DNA of 64,000 nt from an uncultured Clostridia bacterium (GTDB lineage: Bacteria; Bacillota; Clostridia; Oscillospirales; CAG-272). Position 1 is the stretch's first letter; every line of letters starts with the position of its first letter. The notes beneath the pieces were generated by a model. It made no database searches and was not told the DNA's origin. It was given only the letters and a program-made list of their open reading frames with translations. Location: the NCBI GenBank assembly GCA_944391805.1, contig CALXUY010000036.1:4772-68771 (forward strand), written 5' to 3'. A program made the position numbers and the translations under genes. This document shows positions 9,615 to 19,777 of this stretch, piece after piece.

Positions 9615-10517
9615 ATGCCTTCTGAAATCATTCAATGGTTCCCAGGACACATGGCCAAAACCCGCCGGATGATCGCCGAAAATCTGAAGCACGTGGATTT
9701 GGTACTTGAACTGCTCGACGCGCGCATTCCCGAGAGCTCCCGCAACCCCGAAATCACCCGCCTGACCGCGGGAAAGCCGACACTGCTGCTGCTCAACAAG
9801 GCGGATCTGGCCGACCTGGTTCAGAACCGGCTCTGGCAGAACCATTATCAAAACGACACCACCATCTGTATGCTGACCGACTGTGCCGGCGGGGAGGGGC
9901 TGAACCGTCTGGCTCCGGCCATCCGGGAGCTGATGGCCGACCGGCTCCGGAGGAACGCGGAGCGCGGGGTGAACCGCCGGCTGCGCGCGATGGTGCTCGG
10001 CATTCCGAATGTGGGCAAATCCTCCCTGATCAACCGCATTTGCGGCAACAAAAAGACCCGGGTGGAAAACCGCCCCGGCGTCACGCGGGACAAGCAGTGG
10101 GTGAGCACCGGCATCGGGGTGGATCTGCTCGATATGCCGGGCATCCTTTGGCCGAAGTTTGAGGAACGGCGGGTGGGAGAGAATCTCGCGCTGACCGGCG
10201 CCATCAAGGACGACATTCTGGACGCCGAAGCGCTTGCGGTTCTGCTGTGCGGCAGGCTGCGGCGGCTCTACCCGGAGCTGCTCTCCACCCGCTACAGGCT
10301 GGAACACATCCCCGAGGAGCAGAGCAACGGCGAGCTGCTCCTCTCGATCGGCCGCAGGCGGGGCTTCCTGGTCAGCGGCGGAGAGGTAGACACCGAGCGG
10401 ACGGCCAACATGCTGCTGGACGAGTTCCGTGCCGCGAAAATCGGGCGGATCACGCTGGACCGCATCGGAGAGGCCGCACCGGGGAAGGAGGACCACGATG
10501 CTGGAAATGACACTTGA
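9615..10517 (+). CDS. rbgA: Ribosome biogenesis GTPase A (YlqF/RbgA)
   Basis: IQWFPGHMAKTRR start, circularly permuted GTPase motifs (LLNKADL ... GIPNVGKSSLIN), followed by rnhB as in many Firmicutes. Confidence 0.9.
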   Translation: MPSEIIQWFPGHMAKTRRMIAENLKHVDLVLELLDARIPESSRNPEITRLTAGKPTLLLLNKADLADLVQNRLWQNHYQNDTTICMLTDCAGGEGLNRLAPAIRELMADRLRRNAERGVNRRLRAMVLGIPNVGKSSLINRICGNKKTRVENRPGVTRDKQWVSTGIGVDLLDMPGILWPKFEERRVGENLALTGAIKDDILDAEALAVLLCGRLRRLYPELLSTRYRLEHIPEEQSNGELLLSIGRRRGFLVSGGEVDTERTANMLLDEFRAAKIGRITLDRIGEAAPGKEDHDAGNDT

Positions 10518-11100
10518 GAACGAGCTGCTCACGGCCGGCTACACGGCAGTCTGCGGCGTGGACGAGGCCGGGCGCGGGCCGCTGTGCGGCCCGGTGGTCG
10601 CGGCGGCCTGCATTCTGCGCCCCGGAGACATCCCGGAGGGGCTGAACGACTCCAAAAAGCTGACCCCCAAACGGCGCGAGCTGCTCTTTGAGCGGATCCG
10701 TACATCGGCGCTCGCGTACTGCATTGCCGAGGCCAGTGTGGCGGAAATTGACGAGCTGAACATTCTGGAGGCCGATCTGCTGGCGATGCGCCGAGCGATT
10801 GCGGGGCTTTCCCCCGCCGCGGATTTCGCGCTGATCGACGGGAACATCGCGCGCGGCTTTCCGATTCCCTCCCGCGCGGTGGTGCACGGGGACGCGATTT
10901 CCCCCAGCATTGCGGCCGCCTCGATTCTGGCAAAGGTCACGCGGGACCGGCTCTGCCTCGAGCTGGACCGAATGTATCCGCAGTACGGCATTGCCAAGCA
11001 CAAGGGCTACGGCACCCGGGCGCATATGGAGGCGCTGCGACAATACGGCCCCTCCCCGATTCACCGGAAGCAGTTCATCCGCTTCCTGGATCAAAGCTGA
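10498..11100 (+). CDS. rnhB: Ribonuclease HII
   Basis: GVDEAGRGPLCGPVV and DSKKLTPKRRE motifs. ATG at 10498 follows GGAGG and overlaps the rbgA end. Confidence 0.9.
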   Translation: MLEMTLENELLTAGYTAVCGVDEAGRGPLCGPVVAAACILRPGDIPEGLNDSKKLTPKRRELLFERIRTSALAYCIAEASVAEIDELNILEADLLAMRRAIAGLSPAADFALIDGNIARGFPIPSRAVVHGDAISPSIAAASILAKVTRDRLCLELDRMYPQYGIAKHKGYGTRAHMEALRQYGPSPIHRKQFIRFLDQS

Positions 11101-11492
11101 TGCGCACCGGCAGTGCCAGAGAAATCGGAGACTGGGGGGAGCGGTATGCCGTTCACTATCTCCGCCGGCATGGATATACTGTAAAGGAACGAAATTACCG
11201 CGCCGGTCACTGGGAAATCGACATTGTCGCCTCCACCTTCCGCACCATCGCGTTTGTGGAGGTCAAAACCCGCAGTTACGCGCCGGGAGAGGCCGGGCAG
11301 TGCCCGCCGCCCGGGCACGCGGTCAATGCCGAAAAGCAGCGCTGCACCCGCCGTGCCGCACGGCAGTATCTGTATGAGCATCCAACCCGCAAGCAGCCCC
11401 GCATGGATGTGCTGGAGATCTGGCTGGAGGCTTCTGCGGACGGCCGCCGCCCCCGGGTGCTGCGGATCCGGCATCTGACCGGCGCGTACTGA
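11100..11492 (+). CDS. YraN family (UPF0102) endonuclease-like protein
   Basis: GEWGERYAVHYLRRHGYTVKERNYR...EIDIVA...FVEVKTR. ATG overlaps the rnhB stop. Confidence 0.85.
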   Translation: MRTGSAREIGDWGERYAVHYLRRHGYTVKERNYRAGHWEIDIVASTFRTIAFVEVKTRSYAPGEAGQCPPPGHAVNAEKQRCTRRAARQYLYEHPTRKQPRMDVLEIWLEASADGRRPRVLRIRHLTGAY

Positions 11493-11504
11493 AAGGAGGC
11501 CGTT

Positions 11505-12425
11505 ATGCAGCTCTCTCTCTTTGATTTGCACTGTGACACCGCGTGCGAAATGCTGGCACAGCATCAGCCGCTCTCCCAAAACCGGCTCGCCGTGTCGCTC
11601 GGTCAGGCGGAATGCTTTTCCCAATACATACAGGTGATGGCCTTTTGGACCGACCGCAGGCTGGACGACGAGGCCGGCTGGCAGCGGCTGCTGGAGCTGC
11701 GGGAAAACCTGCTTGCCGACCCGGCGGTGTCGGAAGGCCGCGCGCGGATCTGCCGCGGCTGCCCGGAGCGTGGGTCCGGCGTCTCGCTTCTGTTCGGTCT
11801 GGAGGACGCGCGCGTGCTCAACCGGAAACAGGAACGGGTGGCCGCATTGGCGGAGATGGGAATCCGCATTCTGACTCCGCTGTGGAGCGGCGAGACCTGC
11901 ATCGGCGGGTCGCACGACACGCGCGCCGGCCTGACCGATTTCGGAAAGGCCGCCCTGCGCGAGGCCATGGCGCGGGGCATGCTTGCCGACATCTCCCATG
12001 CCTCCGAACAATCGGCGGACGACATCTTCGCACTGGCGGCCGACGCAGGCCTTCCGGTCATCGCGTCGCACTCGGACGCCTATGCGGTCTGCCCGGTCTC
12101 GCGCAATCTGCATCTGGGACAGATCCGGGCCGTTCTCGCGTCTGGCGGGGTGGTCGGAATCAATCTGTACCGGCGCTTCCTGACCGGCGGGGATGCCGCT
12201 GCCATGGAGGATGTACGCCGACACATCGAATACTTTCTGGAGCAGGGGTGCGAGCGTGCGCTCTGCCTTGGCTGCGACATGGACGGCGCAGAGCTGCCCG
12301 CCGAGCTTCCCTCCCTCTCCGCCCTTCCCCGCCTTGCCGCGTATCTGTGCGGCTATTACCCGGAGGAGCTGGTGCAGGACATTTTCTTTGAAAACGCGTT
12401 CCGGTTTGCGCAGGCGCATCTGTGA
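11505..12425 (+). CDS. Membrane dipeptidase (peptidase M19) family protein
   Basis: FDLHCDT start, SHASEQS and ASHSDAY metal-ligand-like motifs, AAAGGAGG RBS. Confidence 0.6.
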   Translation: MQLSLFDLHCDTACEMLAQHQPLSQNRLAVSLGQAECFSQYIQVMAFWTDRRLDDEAGWQRLLELRENLLADPAVSEGRARICRGCPERGSGVSLLFGLEDARVLNRKQERVAALAEMGIRILTPLWSGETCIGGSHDTRAGLTDFGKAALREAMARGMLADISHASEQSADDIFALAADAGLPVIASHSDAYAVCPVSRNLHLGQIRAVLASGGVVGINLYRRFLTGGDAAAMEDVRRHIEYFLEQGCERALCLGCDMDGAELPAELPSLSALPRLAAYLCGYYPEELVQDIFFENAFRFAQAHL

Positions 12426-12459
12426 GCGTCAAGATAAAATCAAAACAGGAGACCAACCC

Positions 12460-13941
12460 ATGTTATACAAAAGCACAAGAAGTACGGAGCCAGCGTCGGT
12501 CAGCTCGGCGCAGGCCATCAAGCAGGGGCTTGCCGATGACGGCGGTCTGTTTGTGCCCGAACAGATCCCGACCCTGACCGATTCGGATCTGGAGGCGCTG
12601 TGCGGCATGAGCTACCCCGAACGCGCCGCCCGCATCCTCTCGCTCTTTCTGACCGATTACACCGAGGAGGAGCTGCTGGCCGACTGCACCGAGGCCTACC
12701 GCGCCGAGAGCTTTGTGGGAGGCGCCGCGCCGCTGGTGTCGGTCCGGGAGCCGATGCGGATTCTCGAGCTGTGGCACGGCCCCACCGCGGCCTTCAAGGA
12801 TATGGCGCTGCAGATCATGCCCCGGCTGCTCTCCAGGGCATTGGTCAAGACAGGAGAGGAGCGCACCGCCCTGATTCTGGTGGCCACCTCCGGAGACACC
12901 GGAAAGGCGGCGCTGGAGGGCTACCGTGACGTTCCCCGTGTGAAAATCATGGTGTTCTACCCGATGGACGGAGTAAGCCGCGTGCAAAAGCTGCAAATGG
13001 CCACACAGACCGGCAAGAACGTCAACGTCTGCGCGATTCACGGCAACTTTGACGATGCGCAGAACGGCGTAAAAACCATTTTCGGCGACCCCGAAATGGC
13101 CGAGCGGCTGAACGAGCAGGGCTGTTTCCTCTCCAGCGCCAACTCGATCAACTGGGGGCGGCTGGCTCCGCAGATCGTCTATTATGTATCCGCCTACTGC
13201 GATCTGCTGAACGCCGGAACCTGCAAGCCGGGTGCCCCCTTCAACGTCTGCGTGCCAACCGGCAACTTCGGCAACATCTTTGCCGCATATCTGGCCATGC
13301 GCATGGGGCTGCCGATCCGCCGCCTGATCTGCGCCTCCAATTCCAACCATATTCTCACCGATTTCCTGCGCACCGGCATTTATGACCGCAACCGGGAATT
13401 TCACCTCACCATGTCTCCCTCGATGGACATTCTGATTTCCAGCAATCTCGAGCGCCTGCTTTGGCTGACCGCGGGCAGTGAGCGCACAACCGCCTATATG
13501 CAGGCGCTGCGCACGGCCGGACGCTATGAGGTGGACGGTGATGTGATGGCGGACATCCGGCGCACGCTGGTCGGCTACTACGCCACCGAGGAGGAAACCG
13601 CCGCCGCCATCCGCCGCACATGGGAGGAAAGCCGCTATCTCTGCGATCCGCATACCGCGGTCGCCATTCATGCCGCGCAGTGCTATCTCAAGGAAACCGG
13701 AGATTCGCTGCCTATGGTGGTGGACTCGACCGCAAGCCCCTACAAATTTGCCAACAACGTCTACCGGGCCGTGACCGGGCAGGACCCCTCCTCCGAGCTG
13801 GAGGCGCTGGGGCAGCTCTCGGCCGCTACCGGGACTCCGATTCCCTATCCGCTGGCGGGACTGGCCGGGCGTAAGATCCGGTTTACCGATCAGTGCGAGC
13901 CGGAGGAAATGGCGCGCAAGGTTCTCGAGTATATCGGCTGA
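12460..13941 (+). CDS. thrC: Threonine synthase (long form)
   Basis: MLYKSTRS...AIKQGLADDGGLFVP N-terminus and the PLP-lysine region HGPTAAFKDMALQ. Start chosen at the ATG at 12460. Confidence 0.9.
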   Translation: MLYKSTRSTEPASVSSAQAIKQGLADDGGLFVPEQIPTLTDSDLEALCGMSYPERAARILSLFLTDYTEEELLADCTEAYRAESFVGGAAPLVSVREPMRILELWHGPTAAFKDMALQIMPRLLSRALVKTGEERTALILVATSGDTGKAALEGYRDVPRVKIMVFYPMDGVSRVQKLQMATQTGKNVNVCAIHGNFDDAQNGVKTIFGDPEMAERLNEQGCFLSSANSINWGRLAPQIVYYVSAYCDLLNAGTCKPGAPFNVCVPTGNFGNIFAAYLAMRMGLPIRRLICASNSNHILTDFLRTGIYDRNREFHLTMSPSMDILISSNLERLLWLTAGSERTTAYMQALRTAGRYEVDGDVMADIRRTLVGYYATEEETAAAIRRTWEESRYLCDPHTAVAIHAAQCYLKETGDSLPMVVDSTASPYKFANNVYRAVTGQDPSSELEALGQLSAATGTPIPYPLAGLAGRKIRFTDQCEPEEMARKVLEYIG

Positions 13942-14033
13942 ACAGAAGCGTTTGATCGCAATTCAAAATGATAGGAGCCAAGAGGCGCTGCCGGGCGTAT
14001 ACCCTGACTCCCCTCTGATGACAAAGTAAAAAC

Positions 14034-14070
14034 GGCATTGCCGTGCCGGAGAATTCCGGTTGGCAATGCC
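14034..14070. terminator. Hairpin terminator between thrC and the DUF1540-like ORF
   Basis: GGCATTGCC...GGCAATGCC with an inner CCGGAGAATTCCGG. The T-run is on the minus strand only. Confidence 0.5.
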
Positions 14071-14083
14071 AGGGAAAATAGCC

Positions 14084-14260
14084 TCAGTTCTCCTTCGGCT
14101 TGAAGGTGGCGCAGAGCGTATCGGTCGAGCAATCGGCACTCTGGGGGCCGACCGAAATCTGCTCGGCCGTGCAGTAGCACTCCCCGTTGTGAAAATAGCA
14201 GTTCTTCACATCGCACGAAATTCCTTTGATGTGCTTGCAGCAATCGTTGCGGTTTTCCAT
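14084..14260 (-). CDS. Small Cys-rich protein, DUF1540-like (58 aa, below the ORF-track cutoff)
   Basis: Hand translation gives MENRNDCCKHIKGISCDVKNCYFHNGECYCTAEQISVGPQSADCSTDTLCATFKPKEN. The pattern CxVxNCxYH...C.A..I.V...A.C...T.C.TF is typical of DUF1540. GGAAAGGA lies upstream. Confidence 0.65.
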   Translation of the reverse strand: MENRNDCCKHIKGISCDVKNCYFHNGECYCTAEQISVGPQSADCSTDTLCATFKPKEN

Positions 14261-14375
14261 GATTCTGTCATCCTTTCCGAACTCAGAAAATTGTGGTTTG
14301 GAGAAGTCAGGTCTCTCCGCGTTTAGTTTTCCCCCGCGCCCCGCATTTATTCATTCGGAAAGGAGCCGACGCCAT

Positions 14376-15107
14376 ATGTCACTATTTGTCATAGCCGACC
14401 TTCACCTCTCCTCCGACGGCTCAAAATCGATGGAGGTTTTCGGGTCGGTCTGGAAGGATTATATGGAAAAAATACGCAAAAACTGGACGGCGGCAGTCGG
14501 CCCCGAGGATACCGTGATCATCCCGGGCGACGTCTCCTGGGGGCTGCGGATCGAAAGTGCGCTGGAGGACTTCCGGTATCTGGAAGCACTGCCCGGAAAA
14601 AAGCTGCTCGGCAAGGGCAACCACGATTTCTGGTGGACCGGCTGCCAGAAAATGAGCCGCTTTGCCGAGGAGCACGGCATTCACAGCATCTCCTTTCTAT
14701 ATAACAACGCCTATCTGTTTGAGAGCTGTATTGCGGCCGGCTCTCGGGGCTGGTTCATGGAGGAAAACCTGCCGGCCGCGGTGGCTGAGAATATGGATTA
14801 CAGCCGCATGATCAACCGGGAAAAAATCCGCCTGCGGTTGAGCCTGGATGAAGCAGTCCGCCTGCGCAGGCTTGCCGGACGGGAGCTGCCGATTCTGGCC
14901 TTTATGCACTTTCCGCCGGTCTGGAACAGCTTTCTGTGCCGCGATCTGGTGGACGTTCTGCACGAATACGGCGTGAAAACCTGCTATTTCGGGCACATCC
15001 ACGGGGTGTACAATCAGCCGGGCGTCACCAGCTTTGAGGGAATTGATTTTGTGCTCTGCTCGGCGGATTACCTGAAATTCGCTCCGCGGCCGGTCGCCAT
15101 CTTCTGA
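14376..15107 (+). CDS. Metallophosphoesterase family protein
   Basis: LFVIADLHLS, IIPGDVSW, GKGNHDFWW and FMHFPP motifs. AGGAG RBS before the ATG at 14376. Confidence 0.75.
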   Translation: MSLFVIADLHLSSDGSKSMEVFGSVWKDYMEKIRKNWTAAVGPEDTVIIPGDVSWGLRIESALEDFRYLEALPGKKLLGKGNHDFWWTGCQKMSRFAEEHGIHSISFLYNNAYLFESCIAAGSRGWFMEENLPAAVAENMDYSRMINREKIRLRLSLDEAVRLRRLAGRELPILAFMHFPPVWNSFLCRDLVDVLHEYGVKTCYFGHIHGVYNQPGVTSFEGIDFVLCSADYLKFAPRPVAIF

Positions 15108-15140
15108 TGCATGAAAACCCAAGAAATTTCAAAAAAAGTA

Positions 15141-15169
15141 TTGACAAATCGGCGAAAAAATTATACAAT
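15141..15169 (+). promoter_or_regulatory. Promoter of tig
   Basis: TTGACA, 17 nt, TACAAT. Confidence 0.5.
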
Positions 15170-15219
15170 ATACTTTGTATGTCAATTATCATTTCAATTG
15201 TTTGGAGGATTATGAAAAA

Positions 15220-16518
15220 ATGAACCTGATCAAATCCGAAAAGACCAATCCGGGAGAATGGACTCTCGAATTTTCGGTCGATAAGGACACCTTCCGCAAA
15301 GCGATTTCGGATTCGTACCGCAAAAACGTGGGCAAGGTGAATGTTCCGGGCTTCCGGAAAGGAAAAGCGCCCCGCGCGGTCATTGAAAAAATGTACGGAA
15401 AGGGATTCTTCTACGAGGACGCCTTCAACGCCGTGCTCCCGGATGCATTTGAGGAAGCACTCAAGGCAAGTGAGGTCGGCCAGACCGTTGGTCAGCCCGA
15501 ATTTGATGTGGTTTCCGCGGATGCGGACAGCGGCGTGGTGTTCACCGCCAAGGTTTTCCCGAAGCCGGATCCCGAAATTCAGAACTACCTCGGTATTGAG
15601 GCCGAAAAAAATGTGGCGGAGGTGACCGATGAGGAAATTGACGCCGAGATCAATACCGTTCGTGAGCGCAACTCCAGAGAAATTGAAGTGACCGATGGCG
15701 AGAGCCAGATGGGTGACGTGTGCACCATTGATTACGACGGCTCGGTGGACGGAGTGCCGTTTGAGGGCGGCAAGGGCGAGAGCTACCCGCTCAAGCTCGG
15801 CTCCGGCAATTTTATTCCCGGCTTTGAGGAGCAGGTCGCCGGCCACAAGCTCGAGGAGCCGTTTGAGGTTCATGTGACCTTCCCTGCCGACTACCATGCA
15901 AAGGAGCTTGCCGGAAAGGCGGCCGTGTTCAAAACCGTGATCCACAAGATCACACATGTCGAGCTGCCCGCCCTGGACGACGATTTTGCAAAAGATGTTT
16001 CGGAATTTGACACGCTGGATGAATACCGCGCAGACGTCAAGGCAAAAATTGCAAAGAGACATGAGACTGAGGCCGATGAACGCTTTGAACAGGAGCTGAC
16101 CGAAGCACTGATGAACAACCTGGTTGCAGAAATTCCTGAGGTGATGTACGTGGCCGAAACGGAAAACTACGTGCGGGATTACGATAACCGTTTGCGCATG
16201 AGCGGACTGGACCTGAAAACCTACTTCCAATATACCGGCATGGATCTTGACAAGCTGCGCGCCCAGATGCGCCCCCAGGCGGAAAAGCAGGTAAAGCTGC
16301 GTCTGGCACTGGAAAAAATCGCCGCTCTGGAAAATCTGTCGGCAACCGAGGAAGAGATTGAAGCCGAAACCAACCGCATCGCCTCCGCCTATAATATGAG
16401 CGCCGAGGACGTCAAAAACGCGCTCCCTGCCGACGCGATTGCCGAGGACATCAAGGTGAAAAAGGCGATGGATCTGGTCAAAGAGAAGGCAATCGTCAAA
16501 AGTGCGGCTGCCGGATGA
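15220..16518 (+). CDS. tig: Trigger factor
   Basis: VPGFRKGKAPRAVIEK ribosome-binding motif, a central FKBP PPIase domain, and tig-clpP-clpX order. Confidence 0.95.
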   Translation: MNLIKSEKTNPGEWTLEFSVDKDTFRKAISDSYRKNVGKVNVPGFRKGKAPRAVIEKMYGKGFFYEDAFNAVLPDAFEEALKASEVGQTVGQPEFDVVSADADSGVVFTAKVFPKPDPEIQNYLGIEAEKNVAEVTDEEIDAEINTVRERNSREIEVTDGESQMGDVCTIDYDGSVDGVPFEGGKGESYPLKLGSGNFIPGFEEQVAGHKLEEPFEVHVTFPADYHAKELAGKAAVFKTVIHKITHVELPALDDDFAKDVSEFDTLDEYRADVKAKIAKRHETEADERFEQELTEALMNNLVAEIPEVMYVAETENYVRDYDNRLRMSGLDLKTYFQYTGMDLDKLRAQMRPQAEKQVKLRLALEKIAALENLSATEEEIEAETNRIASAYNMSAEDVKNALPADAIAEDIKVKKAMDLVKEKAIVKSAAAG

Positions 16519-16613
16519 TTTTGCACAGGTCGTCTGACTGTATCTGAAAGGAACCGGAAGTTGCAGACTGCTATTTCCGGTTCAAATCTATCCTGAAACG
16601 AGGTACAAAAACC

Positions 16614-17225
16614 ATGTTTGATCCGAGAAATCCTGCACGGGACGCACTGGTGCCGATGGTGGTGGAGCAAACCAACCGCGGCGAGCGCTCCTACGATATT
16701 TTTTCCCGTCTGCTCAACGACCGCATTGTCTTTTTGTCCGACGAGGTCAACGACACCACGGCGTCTCTTGTGGTGGCGCAAATGCTGTTTCTGGAAGCGC
16801 AGGATCCTGACAAGGAGATCTCCTTTTATATCAATTCCCCCGGAGGGTCTGTGACCGCCGGTATGGCGATTTACGACACGATGCAGTTCATCAAGTGCGA
16901 CGTTTCCACCATCTGCATCGGTATGGCTGCCAGCATGGGGGCATTCCTGCTCTCCTCCGGCACCAAGGGGAAGCGTCTGGCACTTCCTCACAGCGAAATT
17001 ATGATTCACCAGCCCTTGGGCGGTGCGCGCGGGCAGGCCACCGACATTCAGATTCAGGCCGAGCAGATTCTGCGCGTCAAGCGCACACTGAACGAAATTC
17101 TGGCGGCCAACACCGGCAAGCCGCTGGAAGTGATTGAACGGGACACCGACCGCGACAACTACATGACCGCAGAGCAGGCTTTGGAATACGGTCTGGTGGA
17201 TAAAATCATTGCAAAAAGGCCCTGA
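16614..17225 (+). CDS. clpP: ATP-dependent Clp protease proteolytic subunit
   Basis: [18 protein letters not shown] and [11 protein letters not shown] (active-site Ser) motifs. Confidence 0.95.
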   Translation: MFDPRNPARDALVPMVVEQTNRGERSYDIFSRLLNDRIVFLSDEVNDTTASLVVAQMLFLEAQDPDKEISFYINSPGGSVTAGMAIYDTMQFIKCDVSTICIGMAASMGAFLLSSGTKGKRLALPHSEIMIHQPLGGARGQATDIQIQAEQILRVKRTLNEILAANTGKPLEVIERDTDRDNYMTAEQALEYGLVDKIIAKRP

Positions 17226-17266
17226 TCTCCCACCTTAAGCAACTCAGAAAGGAGTTCTTTCAACAG

Positions 17267-18634
17267 ATGGCAAACACACCCAACAACAGCAGTAAGGGAC
17301 TGCACTACTGCTCCTTCTGCGGGAGAAGCGAAAATGCAGTGGAATTTCTGATTCCCTCTCCGACCGGAGCGGCCTTTATCTGCGATATCTGTATTGAAGC
17401 CTGCAATCAACTGATTCTGGAAAACATGGGGGAGGAGGCCCATTTTGACAAGCTCACGCTTGCCGAGCTTCCCCGCCCTGCGCAGATCAAGGCGTCGCTG
17501 GATCAATATGTCATTGGTCAGGACGAAGCCAAGGTTGCCCTTTCGGTTGCTGTTTACAATCATTATAAGCGGATTCTTTCCAAGGAAAAGAAAAAGCCCG
17601 TCAAGGGCAAGCGCGGCGAACCGAAAAAGCAGGAAGAGCCTGACGACGAGGTTGAGCTGCAAAAAAGCAATGTGCTCCTGATCGGTCCGACGGGCGTGGG
17701 CAAAACCTATCTGGCGCAAACGCTGGCAAAAACCATGAAGGTTCCCTTTGCCATTGCCGACGCCACCACCCTGACCGAGGCCGGATATGTGGGCGAGGAC
17801 GTGGAAAACATCCTCCTGAGGCTGATTCAGGCCGCCGATTACGATGTGGAGCTGGCCGAGCGCGGCATCATTTATATTGATGAAATTGACAAAATCGCCC
17901 GCAAAAGCGAGAACCGGTCGATCACACGGGATGTCTCCGGCGAGGGAGTGCAGCAGGCACTTCTGAAAATTCTGGAGGGCACCATCTCCAATGTACCTCC
18001 GCAGGGCGGCAGAAAGCACCCGAATCAGGAGTTTATTCAGATCAACACGCAGAACATTCTGTTCATCTGCGGCGGCGCGTTTGAGGGGCTGGAGAGCATC
18101 ATCGAAAACCGCAAGGGCAACCAGACCATCGGCTTTGGCGGAGAAATACTCACCAAGGCCGAGCGCAAGGACAACGGGATTTTCAAGGATGTGGTTCCGC
18201 ATGACATCATCAAGTTCGGTATGATTCCCGAGCTGGTCGGTCGGATTCCGGTCATCGTGACACTGAATGACCTTGACCGCCATGCGCTGATCCGCATTCT
18301 CACGGAGCCGAAAAACTCGCTGGTCCGCCAGTACCGCAAGCTGTTCAGCATGGACGGCGTGGAGCTGGTTTTCACCGATGAGGCGCTGGAGGAGATTGCA
18401 AAGCTGGCACTGGAGCGGAACACCGGCGCGCGCGGGCTGCGTGCCATTCTCGAGAGTGCCATGACCGAAATTATGTATGAAATTCCCTCCCGGCATGATG
18501 TGGCACGGGTGGAGATTACGCCGGAGTGCATCCGGAAAACCGGAAAATGCAGAATTGTACTGCACCGGGAGCTGCTCAACAGTGCCGAAACGGTTCCGGT
18601 GGAGCGCTCCGAGCAGCCGAGAAAGAACGCATAA
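17267..18634 (+). CDS. clpX: ATP-dependent Clp protease ATP-binding subunit ClpX
   Basis: Zinc-finger CSFCGRS...CDIC, Walker A GPTGVGKT and Walker [10 protein letters not shown]. Confidence 0.95.
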   Translation: MANTPNNSSKGLHYCSFCGRSENAVEFLIPSPTGAAFICDICIEACNQLILENMGEEAHFDKLTLAELPRPAQIKASLDQYVIGQDEAKVALSVAVYNHYKRILSKEKKKPVKGKRGEPKKQEEPDDEVELQKSNVLLIGPTGVGKTYLAQTLAKTMKVPFAIADATTLTEAGYVGEDVENILLRLIQAADYDVELAERGIIYIDEIDKIARKSENRSITRDVSGEGVQQALLKILEGTISNVPPQGGRKHPNQEFIQINTQNILFICGGAFEGLESIIENRKGNQTIGFGGEILTKAERKDNGIFKDVVPHDIIKFGMIPELVGRIPVIVTLNDLDRHALIRILTEPKNSLVRQYRKLFSMDGVELVFTDEALEEIAKLALERNTGARGLRAILESAMTEIMYEIPSRHDVARVEITPECIRKTGKCRIVLHRELLNSAETVPVERSEQPRKNA

Positions 18635-18668
18635 CCCGGCATTTTGCCGCAGGTTCGGTATCAAAATG

Positions 18669-18710
18669 GTCCGCAGCAGGAATACTCCCGCTGCGGACGT
18701 TGTTATTCGC
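18669..18710 (+). terminator. Intrinsic terminator after clpX
   Basis: GTCCGCAGC...GCTGCGGAC followed by the T-rich GTTGTTATT. Confidence 0.55.
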
Positions 18711-18729
18711 TGCCTTCATCCGGTAGGCA

Positions 18730-19587
18730 TCAGCACCCGTTGTTGCAGCGGCAGGAGGAAGAGCGGTCGCTCTTATCCTGTCCACAGCCCATGTTGCAGG
18801 AAAAATCGTTCGTCGGGAACGGAATGTGCCGGAACACATGGCAGGGGTCATCCTCCTCTACCGCTACGCACTCCTTCTCGGGAATGGCATACTCGGTAGC
18901 CTGGATGAGATACTGCGCGGGGCGCACAATGCGAACCACAGAGAAAATGCCGAGGGACACCGTGAGAAATCTGCGGGCTCTATCGTCATCAAAACTGATA
19001 GGCGCAGAAAAAGACGTCATCACATGCTCTGGCAGATCATGCTCGTTGCAGCAACAGCAGCAGCAATTGCAGTCGCTGGCCTTTTCCATAATCTTGGCGC
19101 CAAGCAGAACCGGGTCCACCGTTTCCACAACGGCGGTGGGCACATTGCGGCAGCCATAGTTCGGCTCAGGCAGCGCGCAGAAGCTGTCGGCAGCGGTATT
19201 GTCGCTGCGGAAGATGTTGACGTTGCACTCGCCGCCGTAAAGAATCACGCGCTTTTCCAAAGCAGCAACACCCTCCAGCTCCTGCGAGCGTCCGCCGCCG
19301 ATGCAGGCCTCAAACACGATCTTCACATAAAGCCGGATGGTTACCGCATAAAAGCCGCGGTTGAACTGAATGGGATCAACGCTGATGTTGGTCCACATAA
19401 TGTCCGCACACTTGGCGCGGATGGCACCGGTGCGCTCCAGAATATCGTTTCCGAAATCCGAGAGATACACACGCACGTTTTCGTAGCAATCGCGATCCCG
19501 GCAGGAATCCAGAACACGGTTGGTTTCAATGCATACAGTCTCTCTGCTCGAGCCGGAGGGAGCACACGGGAATCTATTTTCCGCCAT
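18730..19587 (-). CDS. Cysteine-rich hypothetical protein (285 aa, 23 Cys, includes a CNCCCCCC run)
   Basis: AAGGAG RBS 7 nt before the ATG at 19587. The 137 codons upstream in the ORF track overlap the divergent promoter region and look non-coding. Confidence 0.6.
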   Translation of the reverse strand: MAENRFPCAPSGSSRETVCIETNRVLDSCRDRDCYENVRVYLSDFGNDILERTGAIRAKCADIMWTNISVDPIQFNRGFYAVTIRLYVKIVFEACIGGGRSQELEGVAALEKRVILYGGECNVNIFRSDNTAADSFCALPEPNYGCRNVPTAVVETVDPVLLGAKIMEKASDCNCCCCCCNEHDLPEHVMTSFSAPISFDDDRARRFLTVSLGIFSVVRIVRPAQYLIQATEYAIPEKECVAVEEDDPCHVFRHIPFPTNDFSCNMGCGQDKSDRSSSCRCNNGC

Positions 19588-19716
19588 AACCGTAAAATCT
19601 CCTTTGTAAAATGATGAAAAGAGGAATCTCCTCGTTATCATTCTATGCCTTTTCCCATATTTTGACACGCCGCAACGACATCTTTCGCAGAAATTGTAAA
19701 CAATCCTCATGCCCCC

Positions 19717-19745
19717 TTGCAAAATCCTGTGATCTATATTATAAT
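19717..19745 (+). promoter_or_regulatory. Promoter of the trigger-factor-like lipoprotein gene
   Basis: TTGCAA, 17 nt, TATAAT. Confidence 0.5.
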
Positions 19746-19777
19746 AGATGAAAATCCTAAATGGAAAGGAAGCCGTT

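Noticed and set aside
17159-18664. 501-aa minus-strand ORF antisense to clpX
   Set aside because: clpX identity is unambiguous. The antisense frame lacks an RBS and has skewed composition.
19588-19716. Sporulation sigma factor (SigE/SigK) promoter upstream of the Cys-rich gene
   Set aside because: A CATAGAAT-like -10 element is present, but I could not place a matching -35 element at the correct spacing. Not reported as a feature.
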